Source: an uncultured delta proteobacterium
Lineage (GTDB): Bacteria > Desulfobacterota > RBG-13-43-22
Reading direction: 5' to 3'
DNA: 64,000 nt
Assembly (NCBI GenBank): GCA_963743305.1
Contig: CAVUPH010000014.1
Span: 160,001-224,000, forward strand
Each line of letters begins with the position of its first letter. The stretch's first letter is position 1. Shown piece after piece: positions 49,402-58,888 of this stretch. The notes under the pieces are model-generated. The model did no database searches. It was given only the letters and a program-made list of their open reading frames with translations, and had not been told where the DNA came from. The translations under genes and the position numbers were made by a program.

Positions 49402-50787
49402 TTGAATTCAGGAAAAATCCTGATCATTGACGATACCGCCTATATCCTCGATTTATTATCCGAGTTTTTGGGGGCGAAGGGGTACGAGGTCAAGATTGCC
49501 CAAGACGGTACAACCGGGATTGCCGGGTTGGAAAAGGATTCCTATGATCTGGTTTTAACGGACTTAAAAATGCCGGGATTGGGCGGGATGGACGTTTTGA
49601 ACTATGTCATCAATCACTGCCCGGAGACCCTTTGCATCATTTTGACCGGACATGGGTCCATTAAAAACGCGGTTGCCGCGGTTAAAGCCGGGGCCTACGA
49701 CTATCTGACCAAACCGGTGGATCTGGAAGAAATTCTGATCGCGATTAAGCGGGCGATCGAATTCCGCAACCTAAAAAGGGAAAACGTTCTGCTTCGGAAC
49801 CAGTTAAGGAAGAAGTATAGATTTGATAATATCATCGGCGACAGCGGCCCCATGCAAAAGGTATTTGAAACCATTGAAAAAGTGGCCGACACCGACAGCA
49901 CCATCATGATTTTGGGAGAAAGCGGCACCGGAAAGGAACTCGTGGCCCGAGCGCTTCATTATAACAGCAGCCGGGCCAAGGGCCCCATTGTGCCGGTCAA
50001 TTGCGCGGCTATTCCCTCTGAGTTGTTGGAGAGCGAACTTTTCGGCCATGAGAAGGGGGCTTTCACCAATGCCATCCGGACCCGGATCGGTCGATTTGAA
50101 TTGGCCCATGGGGGCACAATTTTTTTAGACGAAATAGGTGACATGGATCCGGTGCTGCAGAGCAAACTATTACGGGTATTGCAAGACCGGGCCTTTGAAC
50201 GCATTGGAGGTACTCGAACTATTCACGTCGATATCCGCGTGATTACGGCCACGCACCGTAATCTAAGAAAGGCGGTGGAGGACGGTCACTTTCGAGAAGA
50301 CTTGTATTATCGACTCAACGTAATTCCTATTGAGATCCCACCGCTACGGGAGCATAAATCCGATATCCCGCTTTTAGTCCATCATTTTATTGACCAGTTT
50401 AACCAAGGCAAAAAACGAAATATCCAGGGCCTGGAGGAGGAGGCCCTAAAAAGGCTCCAGGATTACGAATGGCCCGGGAATATTCGCGAGTTGGAAAATA
50501 TGATTGAACGGGTCTCGATCCTGACCAATAACGAGGTGATTACTCTTTCGGATCTACCGGAAAGGATCCAAAAAATCCCGCCTCAAGATCAAGCCGTGCC
50601 CCCCGACATTCCGGAAGAGGGGATCTTTCTGGATACCGCTGTCAATGAATTCGAACGAAAATTGATTCTCCAGGCCCTGATCAAGACCGGGTGGGTTAAA
50701 AACAAGGCGGCTCAATTGTTGAACCTCAACCGGACGACCTTGATCGAAAAAATAAAACGCCAAAACCTTCAGGCCCCCCCGACTTAG
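49402..50787 (+). CDS. sigma54-dependent response regulator (FlrA/FleQ-like by position)
   Basis: REC DLVLTD, GESGTGKE, GAFTNA, DLYYRLNV, WPGNIREL, HTH LNRTTLIEK. Confidence 0.9.
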   Translation: MNSGKILIIDDTAYILDLLSEFLGAKGYEVKIAQDGTTGIAGLEKDSYDLVLTDLKMPGLGGMDVLNYVINHCPETLCIILTGHGSIKNAVAAVKAGAYDYLTKPVDLEEILIAIKRAIEFRNLKRENVLLRNQLRKKYRFDNIIGDSGPMQKVFETIEKVADTDSTIMILGESGTGKELVARALHYNSSRAKGPIVPVNCAAIPSELLESELFGHEKGAFTNAIRTRIGRFELAHGGTIFLDEIGDMDPVLQSKLLRVLQDRAFERIGGTRTIHVDIRVITATHRNLRKAVEDGHFREDLYYRLNVIPIEIPPLREHKSDIPLLVHHFIDQFNQGKKRNIQGLEEEALKRLQDYEWPGNIRELENMIERVSILTNNEVITLSDLPERIQKIPPQDQAVPPDIPEEGIFLDTAVNEFERKLILQALIKTGWVKNKAAQLLNLNRTTLIEKIKRQNLQAPPT

Positions 50788-50821
50788 CGCCAGCCTCACT
50801 CCAGGATCTCTGGGCAAGCGA

Positions 50822-50865
50822 GTCAAAAATTTGACACATTGAACGAACACCGTCGATATTTTTAC
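50822..50865. promoter_or_regulatory. Two FleQ-box-like enhancer sites
   Basis: GTCAAAAATTTGAC and GTCGATATTTTTAC about 75-120 bp upstream of a sigma54 promoter. Confidence 0.6.
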
Positions 50866-50939
50866 TTTCGTCAGCCATCCATTTAAATCCCTTCTTTCTA
50901 ACAATTTGATTTCAATCACCATGCTGGACCCGGAGCTAT

Positions 50940-50955
50940 TGGCATACTCCTTGCT
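50940..50955 (+). promoter_or_regulatory. sigma54 -24/-12 promoter
   Basis: TGGCAT-ACTCC-TTGCT. Confidence 0.8.
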
Positions 50956-51021
50956 CAAAGCACACATGGGACCCGGCCGAAAAAGTTGGCCTAGGGGTCC
51001 GGGGAAAGGATTCTGCGGATT

Positions 51022-52824
51022 TTGTTTCGAGCCAGGCCAAGCTATTTATTACGCATCGGTTTGATCTTTGTCGGATTGGCGGGGGTATTCCCGGGTTCGT
51101 TCCTGCGAGCGCAGGATCCGGAGGTGGCCGTGGGGGAGTTATTTCAAATCAAATCGGAGTCCGCGGAAGGAAAGATCCGGGTGATCTTGAAAATCAGGCA
51201 CCCGGTTAAGCATACGGTCTTCTCCCTGACCAATCCGGACCGGATCGTTATTAATTTGACCCCCAGCCTATTAAAATTGAGTCCTATTCCGGAATTGAAA
51301 ACCGGACCTATTCAACGACTGCGCTGTTCCCAATTCAACGAAAAGACGGTTCGCCTGGTTCTGGATCTGAAGCTAAAAGTCCCTTATTCAGTATCCACCC
51401 CGGGGGGTGATCCTTTTCAACTTTGGATCGATCTTGAAGATAACTTGAAAAAAGCCGAGACCCCGGCAGCGGCTCAATTCTCAAACGAATCCGTTTCCCT
51501 TGCCCGGAACAAGGAGGCAGAGGACCGGAAAACCGGGAAAACGGTCGAAAAAAACTCCCCACCGGTGTCCAAGATGAAAGAAGCCATCGCTTCGGTTACT
51601 CCGGAATCCACCCCCAAGGGCAGCCCTCCGGAACCGTTGCTGGAGACCGGGCGCGGCCTCCTGGAGCAAAAAAAATACGCCCAGGGAAGGGAGGCGTTTT
51701 TCCATTATCTGAATGTAGTCCCCTTGGAAAAACTTGATTTGCGGGTTGTGGAAGAAATCGTTCACAGTTATCGTTTGGAGGGAAACGCCCTTCAGGGCGA
51801 AAAGGCCCGCCGTCAAATTCTTCAAGCCTTCTCCCAGGCTCATGGACCCGCCGCCTTTCCGGCTTTAGCACAACTTGCTGATTTTTATATTGAATCAAAG
51901 CAATACCTGCTGGCCATCCAGCTCATCACTCCTTTGGAATCCTTTCCTCAGGAAAAAAATGAAGGGAAAAAAATCTTCCAATCCCAGCTCCAAAGAGCCT
52001 TGATTCCTGTGCTGGAAGGGTTTTTCGCTCAGTCCAACTATACGGAAGTGCTCCGCTCGTATTACCGGCATCGGGAAGCCTTGCCGGATAGTCCGGAACC
52101 CCGGCTCTTCGTTCTATTGGGAAAAAGTTTCAAGGCCCTGGGACTGCCTGACCAGGCCGGCCGCTATTTCCAGGCGGCCTGGCAGCGGGGAAACCAGGAA
52201 CCCCGGGAAATGGTGGTGGATTGGGCGGAAATACTTATCGAAAAAGGCGATCAGGCCTCCGCCGTACCGCTCCTACGAAAGTTGATTGATCACCCGTCCG
52301 TTCCGGAAATTGAAAAACTGCGGGCTTACCTGCTTTTAGGCCGGGGTTGGTACCGGCAAGGTAACTATGTCGAAGGGCTGAAGATCCTGGAGGAGTCCAT
52401 CGCCCGATATCCTTCCACGGAGGCCTATCCTGAGCGCTGGTATCTTTTGGGGTCCCTTTATTATGAAAGCCCGGCATTGAACCTCAAGGCCTATGAGGCC
52501 CTAAGGAAATTTATTGTCCGGAGCCAGGACCCGGCCAAAACCGCCTTGGCTTATGAGCGGATCGGAGACCTCTATTTTAGGGAAAAAAAAGGGGCCGCGG
52601 CCTGGGAGGCTTACCACCAGGCCCAGCAATTAAACCGACGGCCGGCTTCCCCCTTCTTGGCGCAAAAGATAAACCAATGCCGCTTGTTTTTGGAACCGAA
52701 GGGCCAGGGATCAATCCCGGCGAATCCGACCGGCGAAATAGACCCTTTTTGGAAGAAGGTCTATGACTCGAGGGCGAGCCAGCAAGTCCTGGAGAAAAAG
52801 ATCAGCGACTTGAGGCTAAACTGA
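51022..52824 (+). CDS. AMIN-domain + TPR periplasmic protein
   Basis: Signal peptide; FSLTNPDRIVINL...R.SQF...TVRLVLDL; multiple TPR-like helices. Confidence 0.75.
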   Translation: MFRARPSYLLRIGLIFVGLAGVFPGSFLRAQDPEVAVGELFQIKSESAEGKIRVILKIRHPVKHTVFSLTNPDRIVINLTPSLLKLSPIPELKTGPIQRLRCSQFNEKTVRLVLDLKLKVPYSVSTPGGDPFQLWIDLEDNLKKAETPAAAQFSNESVSLARNKEAEDRKTGKTVEKNSPPVSKMKEAIASVTPESTPKGSPPEPLLETGRGLLEQKKYAQGREAFFHYLNVVPLEKLDLRVVEEIVHSYRLEGNALQGEKARRQILQAFSQAHGPAAFPALAQLADFYIESKQYLLAIQLITPLESFPQEKNEGKKIFQSQLQRALIPVLEGFFAQSNYTEVLRSYYRHREALPDSPEPRLFVLLGKSFKALGLPDQAGRYFQAAWQRGNQEPREMVVDWAEILIEKGDQASAVPLLRKLIDHPSVPEIEKLRAYLLLGRGWYRQGNYVEGLKILEESIARYPSTEAYPERWYLLGSLYYESPALNLKAYEALRKFIVRSQDPAKTALAYERIGDLYFREKKGAAAWEAYHQAQQLNRRPASPFLAQKINQCRLFLEPKGQGSIPANPTGEIDPFWKKVYDSRASQQVLEKKISDLRLN

Positions 52825-52827
52825 CCC

Positions 52828-54246
52828 ATGGGCGAAAAGGCATTATTAATTGCGGAAAACGACCCCGAAGCCCGGGAGGTTTTTGTAGAAAGCTGCCCCA
52901 AAAACGGTTTTTGGATCCAATGGGTCAATAGGGGGGAAGAAGCCCTCCGCTGGTTGGACCAAAGACCTTTCGATCTGGTGATTACCGAAATGGAACTGGA
53001 AGATTTAAGCGGCCTACAGCTTTTGGGTCAGGTCAAACAGCGTTTTCCGGAGACGCCGGTCATCGTTATGACCGCCGGGGGAAGCATTCCACAGGCCATC
53101 GAGGCCATCAAGCAAGGGGCCTTGGATTACGTAGTCAAGCCTCTTTCCGGGGTCTGGTTGGAAGAACGAATCGGGCAGCTCGAGCATCAGCGGACAGGGT
53201 CGTTGGGCGAACCCGAGGGCCCCATCAGGGCCGGATCAGTGTCCCGCCCGATTGTCACCCAGAACCGGAAGATGCTGGATCTCCTGGAATTATGCCGCAA
53301 GGTCGCTGCCAGTAAAGCCACTGTGCTGATTCAGGGAGAGAGCGGCACGGGAAAAGAACTGTTTGCCCGCTATCTCCACGAGCGCAGTCCCCGAAATAAG
53401 GAGGCTTTTATTGCCGTCAATTGTGCCTCTCTCCCAGACGGGCTATTGGAAAGCGAATTGTTCGGCCATGAAAAGGGGGCCTTTACCGGGGCCATCCAAA
53501 AAAAATTGGGGAAATTTGAGTTGGCGCAGCGGGGGTCCATTTTATTGGATGAAATCAGTGAAATGAATACTCAATTGCAGGCCAAGCTGCTCCGGGTGCT
53601 GCAGGAAAACGAGTTGGATCGGATCGGCGGACGACATCCGGTTCCTCTGGATATACGGGTCATCGCCACAACCAATCGAAATCTAGAAGAGAGCGTTGAG
53701 AAGGGGGATTTTCGCGCCGACCTGTATTACCGTTTAAATGTCATCCCTTTGCGCATTCCGCCTTTGCGGGAACGCCCGGAGGATATTGAACTGCTGGTCG
53801 CCTATTTTGTGCGAAAATTAGCCAAACTCTATAATCGAGATGTGGTTCGGGTGGCGGACCAGGCTTTGAACTGGATCAGGCAACGGGAGTGGCGGGGAAA
53901 TGTCCGCGAACTGGAAAACCTGTTGGAACGTACCGTGCTTATCTCCTCCGGTCCGACGATTGAAATGAAAGATTTTTGCCTGGAGGACTCCGCGCCCCCG
54001 ACACCGGAGGTCCGGATCGATGGGTCGTCGACTTTCTCCCTCCGGGAAGTAGAAAAAGACCTGATCTTCAAGGCCTTGGATAAGACGGAGGGCAACCGAA
54101 CCCAGGCTGCCAATATTCTGGGTATCAGCGTCCGGACCCTCCGGAACAAACTGCAGGAATATAAGCAGGAGGCGGGGTCCTGGACGGAGGAGGGATTGGT
54201 CCCGATTCACCCCCCGACCATGGTATGGGATTTGCAGAAAGCTTAA
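52828..54246 (+). CDS. sigma54-dependent regulator (FlrC/FlbD-like) with atypical receiver
   Basis: GESGTGKE, GAFTGA, GNVREL, LGISVRTLRNKL; receiver reads DLVITE. Confidence 0.9.
   Translation: MGEKALLIAENDPEAREVFVESCPKNGFWIQWVNRGEEALRWLDQRPFDLVITEMELEDLSGLQLLGQVKQRFPETPVIVMTAGGSIPQAIEAIKQGALDYVVKPLSGVWLEERIGQLEHQRTGSLGEPEGPIRAGSVSRPIVTQNRKMLDLLELCRKVAASKATVLIQGESGTGKELFARYLHERSPRNKEAFIAVNCASLPDGLLESELFGHEKGAFTGAIQKKLGKFELAQRGSILLDEISEMNTQLQAKLLRVLQENELDRIGGRHPVPLDIRVIATTNRNLEESVEKGDFRADLYYRLNVIPLRIPPLRERPEDIELLVAYFVRKLAKLYNRDVVRVADQALNWIRQREWRGNVRELENLLERTVLISSGPTIEMKDFCLEDSAPPTPEVRIDGSSTFSLREVEKDLIFKALDKTEGNRTQAANILGISVRTLRNKLQEYKQEAGSWTEEGLVPIHPPTMVWDLQKA
54221..54236 (+). promoter_or_regulatory. 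sigma54 promoter of the flgB operon
   Basis: TGGTAT-GGGAT-TTGCA, about 30 bp before flgB. Confidence 0.7.
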
Positions 54247-54268
54247 GGATAAAAAGGATGAGGTGCTT

Positions 54269-54682
54269 ATGAATCATTTTTTATCCGGTGCACTGTTTGA
54301 TCGAACCATCCATTTTCTGGAAAAATCTTTAAATCTCCGGGGTGCGCGCCAGGGGATACTGACCAGTAATATTGCCAACGCCGAGACCCCCGGCTATTCG
54401 GCCAAGGATCTCCCTTTCCGGCAAATCATGCGCCAAAAGATGGGAGATCCATCCACCGTCTCGGTGCAAAAAACACATCCCCAACATTTTCCCGACCCGG
54501 GGTCGTCCCCGGAAATGGAGTCCGGTCTGCCCTGGTCGGTCGAAACCGTATCCTCGGGAGTTAATATCGACCAGGAAATGACCAAGCTGGCGGAAAACAA
54601 CCTCCAATACCAATCGGCCGTCCAGGCCCTGAGCAAGAAATTGGAAACCATTAAATACGTCATTTCCAGTGGGGGGCAATAA
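54269..54682 (+). CDS. flgB: Flagellar basal-body rod protein FlgB
   Basis: SNIANAETPGY.AKD, VNIDQEM.KLAEN.LQY. Confidence 0.93.
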   Translation: MNHFLSGALFDRTIHFLEKSLNLRGARQGILTSNIANAETPGYSAKDLPFRQIMRQKMGDPSTVSVQKTHPQHFPDPGSSPEMESGLPWSVETVSSGVNIDQEMTKLAENNLQYQSAVQALSKKLETIKYVISSGGQ

Positions 54683-54687
54683 ATCGA

Positions 54688-55125
54688 ATGGACCTTTTTA
54701 AAGCAATGAACATCAGTGGCACGAGCCTCAATACCCAACGGACGGTGATGAATATTATCTCCACCAATGTCGCCAACGCGCAAACCACCCGAACGGAAGA
54801 GGGCGGTCCCTACCGGAGGAAAATCGCCGTTTTGGGACCGGCGGAGGTGCCCTCCGATTTTTCCCAAATTTTCGCCGGACACGCAGAAAAGGGACAGGAG
54901 GGGGTGGAGGTCAAGGAAATAGTGGCCGACATGAGCGATTTGGCGACCCAGTATGATCCCCAGCATCCGGATGCGGATGAACGGGGCTACGTCACCTTGC
55001 CGAATGTCAATATTTTAGAGGAGATGGTGCAGTTGATGAGCGCCGCTCGAAATTACGAGGCCAGCGTTACAGCCTTTAATTCCGCCAAAAATATGATTCT
55101 TAAGGCCCTAGAAATCGGCCGATAA
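54688..55125 (+). CDS. flgC: Flagellar basal-body rod protein FlgC
   Basis: NVANAQTTRT..GGPYRRK, YDPQHPDAD..GYV.LPNVN. Confidence 0.95.
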   Translation: MDLFKAMNISGTSLNTQRTVMNIISTNVANAQTTRTEEGGPYRRKIAVLGPAEVPSDFSQIFAGHAEKGQEGVEVKEIVADMSDLATQYDPQHPDADERGYVTLPNVNILEEMVQLMSAARNYEASVTAFNSAKNMILKALEIGR

Positions 55126-55148
55126 CTTGAAAAGGAGGAAACCGAATT

Positions 55149-55448
55149 ATGAACGCCATTTACGGTCTGGATCCAACCACTAATCGCCTGTCGGCTGGGG
55201 AACAAGTCGGCCGACGAGAAGTGGCGACGGCGGGTTTTAAGGAATCCCTCGCCCAAACAGTCCGCGAAATCGACGGCCTGCAAAAAGAGGCCGATCAGTC
55301 CATTGAAACCATGGCCGCCGGGGAGCCAAAAGACGTCCATGAAGTGATGATCGCCATGGAGAAGGCGGGGATCTCCCTGCGCTTAATGGTGCAAGTCCGC
55401 AACAAGATTATGAACGCTTACGAAGAAATCATGCGTCTGCAAGTATAG
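55149..55448 (+). CDS. fliE: Hook-basal body protein FliE
   Basis: DVHEVMIAMEKA..SL..MVQVRNK...AYEEIMRLQV. Confidence 0.95.
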   Translation: MNAIYGLDPTTNRLSAGEQVGRREVATAGFKESLAQTVREIDGLQKEADQSIETMAAGEPKDVHEVMIAMEKAGISLRLMVQVRNKIMNAYEEIMRLQV

Positions 55449-55468
55449 GGCGTTGAAGGCACGGGATA

Positions 55469-57145
55469 ATGGCCTCCAAATTGATCGAACAATCTGCTCA
55501 GCTAGTCGGCTCCATATCCAAGGGACGACTGTTTTCCCTGATCGCCATCCTCCTGGTGGCCGGGATAGGGTTCGGATCCCTCATCTTCTGGAATACCCGC
55601 CCGGAGTATCAGGTCCTGTTCAGCAACCTTTCCCCGGAAGACGCCGGCGAGATTGCCAACAAACTCAAGGAAAAGAAAATTCTCTATCAGGTGACGAACA
55701 GCGGGACGGCGGTTCTGATCCCCCGGGAACAGGTGTATGACACCCGACTGTCGCTGGCTTCAGAGGGGCTGCCCAAAGGCGGAGGTGTCGGATTTGAAGT
55801 ATTTGATCGCACCAATTTGGGAACCACCGACTTTGTCCAGAAATTAAATTATCAAAGGGCGTTGTCGGGAGAGTTGGCCAGGACGATCAAGCAATTAAAA
55901 GAAATTGACCAGGCCCGGGTCCATATTGTCACTCCTAAGGATTCACTCTTTGTGGAAGAACAGAGAAAACCGACGGCTTCGGTCCTGGTGAAAACCCGTT
56001 CGGGGATGACTTTGGGGCCCTCTCAGGTGGATGGCATTATCCATTTGGTGGCCAGCGCCGTGGAAGGCTTGGACCCCAACAATGTGACCGTGGTGGATCA
56101 AACCGGTAAAATGCTGACCAAGAAAAACGACGGCTCTCCTGCAGGCCAGTTGACCACCAGCCAGTTGGATTATCAGCGCAACATTGAGGAGGGCCTGAAA
56201 AAGAAAATCCAGGGAATGCTGGAAGGAGTGGTCGGTCCCGATAAAGCCATTGCCCGGGTTTCGGCGGATATGGATTTCCAGCAAGTCAATATCACCGAGG
56301 AACGTTTTGATCCGGCCACGGTTATTCGCAGCGAACAGAAAACGCTGGAAAAATCGTCCAGCACCACGGGTGGCAAGATCGGTGCGGACAAAGAAGGTTT
56401 TGTTTCACTAAAGTTGCCGGCCGAATCCAAGAACCCTGCCCGACCCGGCGCCGCGGCCGGCAGCAAAACCTTTTCCGGGAGCACGGCCGGCGGCAGTGAA
56501 ACGATCTCGGAACGACAAAACGAAACCAAAAATTATGAAATCACCAAGATCAATAAACAGATCCGCGGCCCGGCCGGAATGATCAAAAAAATTTCGACAG
56601 CGGTGATTATTGACGGGACCTACAAGGAAAGTGTGGGCGCCAAAGGGGCCAAGATCCGGCAGTTCGTCCCCAGGCCGCCGGAAGAGATGAAAAACTTTGA
56701 AAACATGGTGAAAAAAGCTATCGGCTTTGACGACAGCCGCGGGGACCAGGTTGAAGTCACTTCCATGCCCTTTGCCTGGTCGGCCCTGGAGGATGGGCCC
56801 CGGTCCGAGACCGGATCGGCCTGGAAGGACTATTTCCAAATGCTGTATAAACCTTTGATCAGCTTGGTTTTGGCCTTGCTGTTTTTCTTTTTGGTGATCA
56901 AACCGATGATGAAAAGAAATCTCTTCAGCGGTTTTCGGACGGAAGAACAGGTGTTATTGGACCAGCTTCGGCCGCGGCCAGCGCTGCCCCCGGGGACGGA
57001 AGGCGGCGCGGTCCCGCAAATTGCCCAGAACGAGGAGGCCGGCCTTCTTAAGGGAATGGACCGGAAACAGATATTTCAGTCCGTGGAGGAAGACCCCACC
57101 AAAGCGGCCGAAATTGTCAAATCCTGGCTGCACGAAAAAGGGTAA
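55469..57145 (+). CDS. fliF: MS-ring protein FliF
   Basis: LFSNLS.EDAG, VGFEVFD, YQRALSGEL, ARVHI, RGDQVEV. Confidence 0.95.
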   Translation: MASKLIEQSAQLVGSISKGRLFSLIAILLVAGIGFGSLIFWNTRPEYQVLFSNLSPEDAGEIANKLKEKKILYQVTNSGTAVLIPREQVYDTRLSLASEGLPKGGGVGFEVFDRTNLGTTDFVQKLNYQRALSGELARTIKQLKEIDQARVHIVTPKDSLFVEEQRKPTASVLVKTRSGMTLGPSQVDGIIHLVASAVEGLDPNNVTVVDQTGKMLTKKNDGSPAGQLTTSQLDYQRNIEEGLKKKIQGMLEGVVGPDKAIARVSADMDFQQVNITEERFDPATVIRSEQKTLEKSSSTTGGKIGADKEGFVSLKLPAESKNPARPGAAAGSKTFSGSTAGGSETISERQNETKNYEITKINKQIRGPAGMIKKISTAVIIDGTYKESVGAKGAKIRQFVPRPPEEMKNFENMVKKAIGFDDSRGDQVEVTSMPFAWSALEDGPRSETGSAWKDYFQMLYKPLISLVLALLFFFLVIKPMMKRNLFSGFRTEEQVLLDQLRPRPALPPGTEGGAVPQIAQNEEAGLLKGMDRKQIFQSVEEDPTKAAEIVKSWLHEKG

Positions 57146-57154
57146 ACGAGAGTC

Positions 57155-58171
57155 ATGACCAACGAAAAATTAACCGGTCCGCAGAAAGCCGCCATGTTCT
57201 TGCTCAGTCTGGGCGAGGAATTAACCACTAATATCATCAAGCAGATGGATGAGGAGGAGATTAAAAAATTGGGCAGCCATATTGCCCAGGTCAACTACAT
57301 CGGTCCTAAAACCATAGAAAGCATTTTCTCTGAATTCAGCAGCCTCTATACCGTGGACCAACCCCTTCTCCTGAGTTCCCAGGGAAGCAATCAGTTCCTG
57401 AAGAACGTGGTGACCCGGGCCATCCCAGGGGAAAAGGGCCAGGAGATCATTGATGAGATCGAGGAGCAAGGCAAGTGGAAATTATTTCAAAAAATAAAGA
57501 AATATGATCCCAAAACCTTAGCCAATTTTATTCGCAATGAACATCCCCAGACCATTGCCATTATTTTATCCCACCTGGAGTCGGGGCAGGCGGCCGCCAT
57601 TTTAAGCGAGCTGCCGATCAACCTTCAAACCGAAGTGGTTTTTCGGGTAGCCGAATTGGAAAATGTGTCCCCGGAAATCGTGGAAGAAATCGATCAGGCG
57701 TTAATGGAAGAAGTAGCGGCGGTCAAAAGCTTTGAGGGGCAGCAGATTGGTGGCGTACGCTCGGTGGCCGAAATGCTGAACCAGATGGACAGTTCCATGG
57801 AGGGTAATATTTTAAAGGGAATCGAAGAATTCCGACAGGGCCTGGCCGATGAAATCCGCCAGTTGATGTTTATCTTTGAAGACCTGATCAATGTGGACGA
57901 TCGAGGCATTATGGCCATCCTGAAGGAAGTCAATAACGAAGAATTAATCCTGGCCATGAAAACGGCGTCGGACGAAATGAAGGATAAGATCTTCAAGAAC
58001 ATGTCCGAACGGGCGGCGCAAATGATGAAGGAGGACCTCGAGGTGATGGGGCCGGTGCGGCTCAAAGACGTGGAAGTGGCTCAACAGTCGATTATCAAAA
58101 TCGCTAAAAAACTGGAAGCCGAAGGCAAAATCGTTCTGGCCGGAAAAGGCAGCGAAGAGGCTTTGGTGTAA
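57155..58171 (+). CDS. fliG: Motor switch protein FliG
   Basis: QKAA, EHPQTIA, MFIFEDL, NMSERA, GPVRLKDVE. Confidence 0.96.
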   Translation: MTNEKLTGPQKAAMFLLSLGEELTTNIIKQMDEEEIKKLGSHIAQVNYIGPKTIESIFSEFSSLYTVDQPLLLSSQGSNQFLKNVVTRAIPGEKGQEIIDEIEEQGKWKLFQKIKKYDPKTLANFIRNEHPQTIAIILSHLESGQAAAILSELPINLQTEVVFRVAELENVSPEIVEEIDQALMEEVAAVKSFEGQQIGGVRSVAEMLNQMDSSMEGNILKGIEEFRQGLADEIRQLMFIFEDLINVDDRGIMAILKEVNNEELILAMKTASDEMKDKIFKNMSERAAQMMKEDLEVMGPVRLKDVEVAQQSIIKIAKKLEAEGKIVLAGKGSEEALV

Positions 58172-58183
58172 GGAGTCGAACCG

Positions 58184-58888
58184 ATGCCCGCCGGGACCTC
58201 CCCAAAAAGTTTTTCCCTCAATCCCTTTCTCCGGAAGGACCCAAATCCGGATTTTCACCTGGGGGCCATCCAACCCCAATCGCCTAAAAGTCAATTTCAG
58301 TTCCATCCCCAGGTGACCCGGTATATGGAGGAGATGCAGGAACAGGTTTATCAGGAACTAAAGGAGAAGGCCTCGCAGATCGAACACGAGGCGTACGAGA
58401 AGGGCTTTGCTCAGGGGGAAAAAGACGGCCAGGAGAGCGGACAAAAGCGCCTGGAAGTGGTCATCAAACGGATCAACGCCCTCTTGACTCAAATTGAAAG
58501 CCAGAAAATAACCCTTTTCGAGCGGTTCGAACGGGACATGGTCGATTTTGCCTTTTGTCTGATCAAAAAGATACTCCAGCGGGAATCGCGATTGACGGCC
58601 GGAGTCATCAAGGACACCTTGTCGACGGCCCTTAAAAAGACCGAGGAAAACCGAAAGGTCATCCTCCACATCAACCCGGTGGATTATAGATATCTTCTGG
58701 CCCATCCGGATCAGATCCCCTGGGTGCTGAATGACCGAGAACGGGTAAGGATTCTGGAGGACGAAGCCATTACCCCCGGGGGCGGGCTCCTGGAAACAGA
58801 ATTAGGGGTCATCGACGCCACCCTCGAAGGCCAGTTTGACCAGATCGTGGAACAGATCCAATGCCGATTGCCACAGGGGGGAAAATGA
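58184..58888 (+). CDS. fliH: Flagellar assembly protein FliH
   Basis: AYEKGFAQGEKDG repeats, INPVD, GG.LLET..G.IDA; between fliG and fliI. Confidence 0.85.
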   Translation: MPAGTSPKSFSLNPFLRKDPNPDFHLGAIQPQSPKSQFQFHPQVTRYMEEMQEQVYQELKEKASQIEHEAYEKGFAQGEKDGQESGQKRLEVVIKRINALLTQIESQKITLFERFERDMVDFAFCLIKKILQRESRLTAGVIKDTLSTALKKTEENRKVILHINPVDYRYLLAHPDQIPWVLNDRERVRILEDEAITPGGGLLETELGVIDATLEGQFDQIVEQIQCRLPQGGK

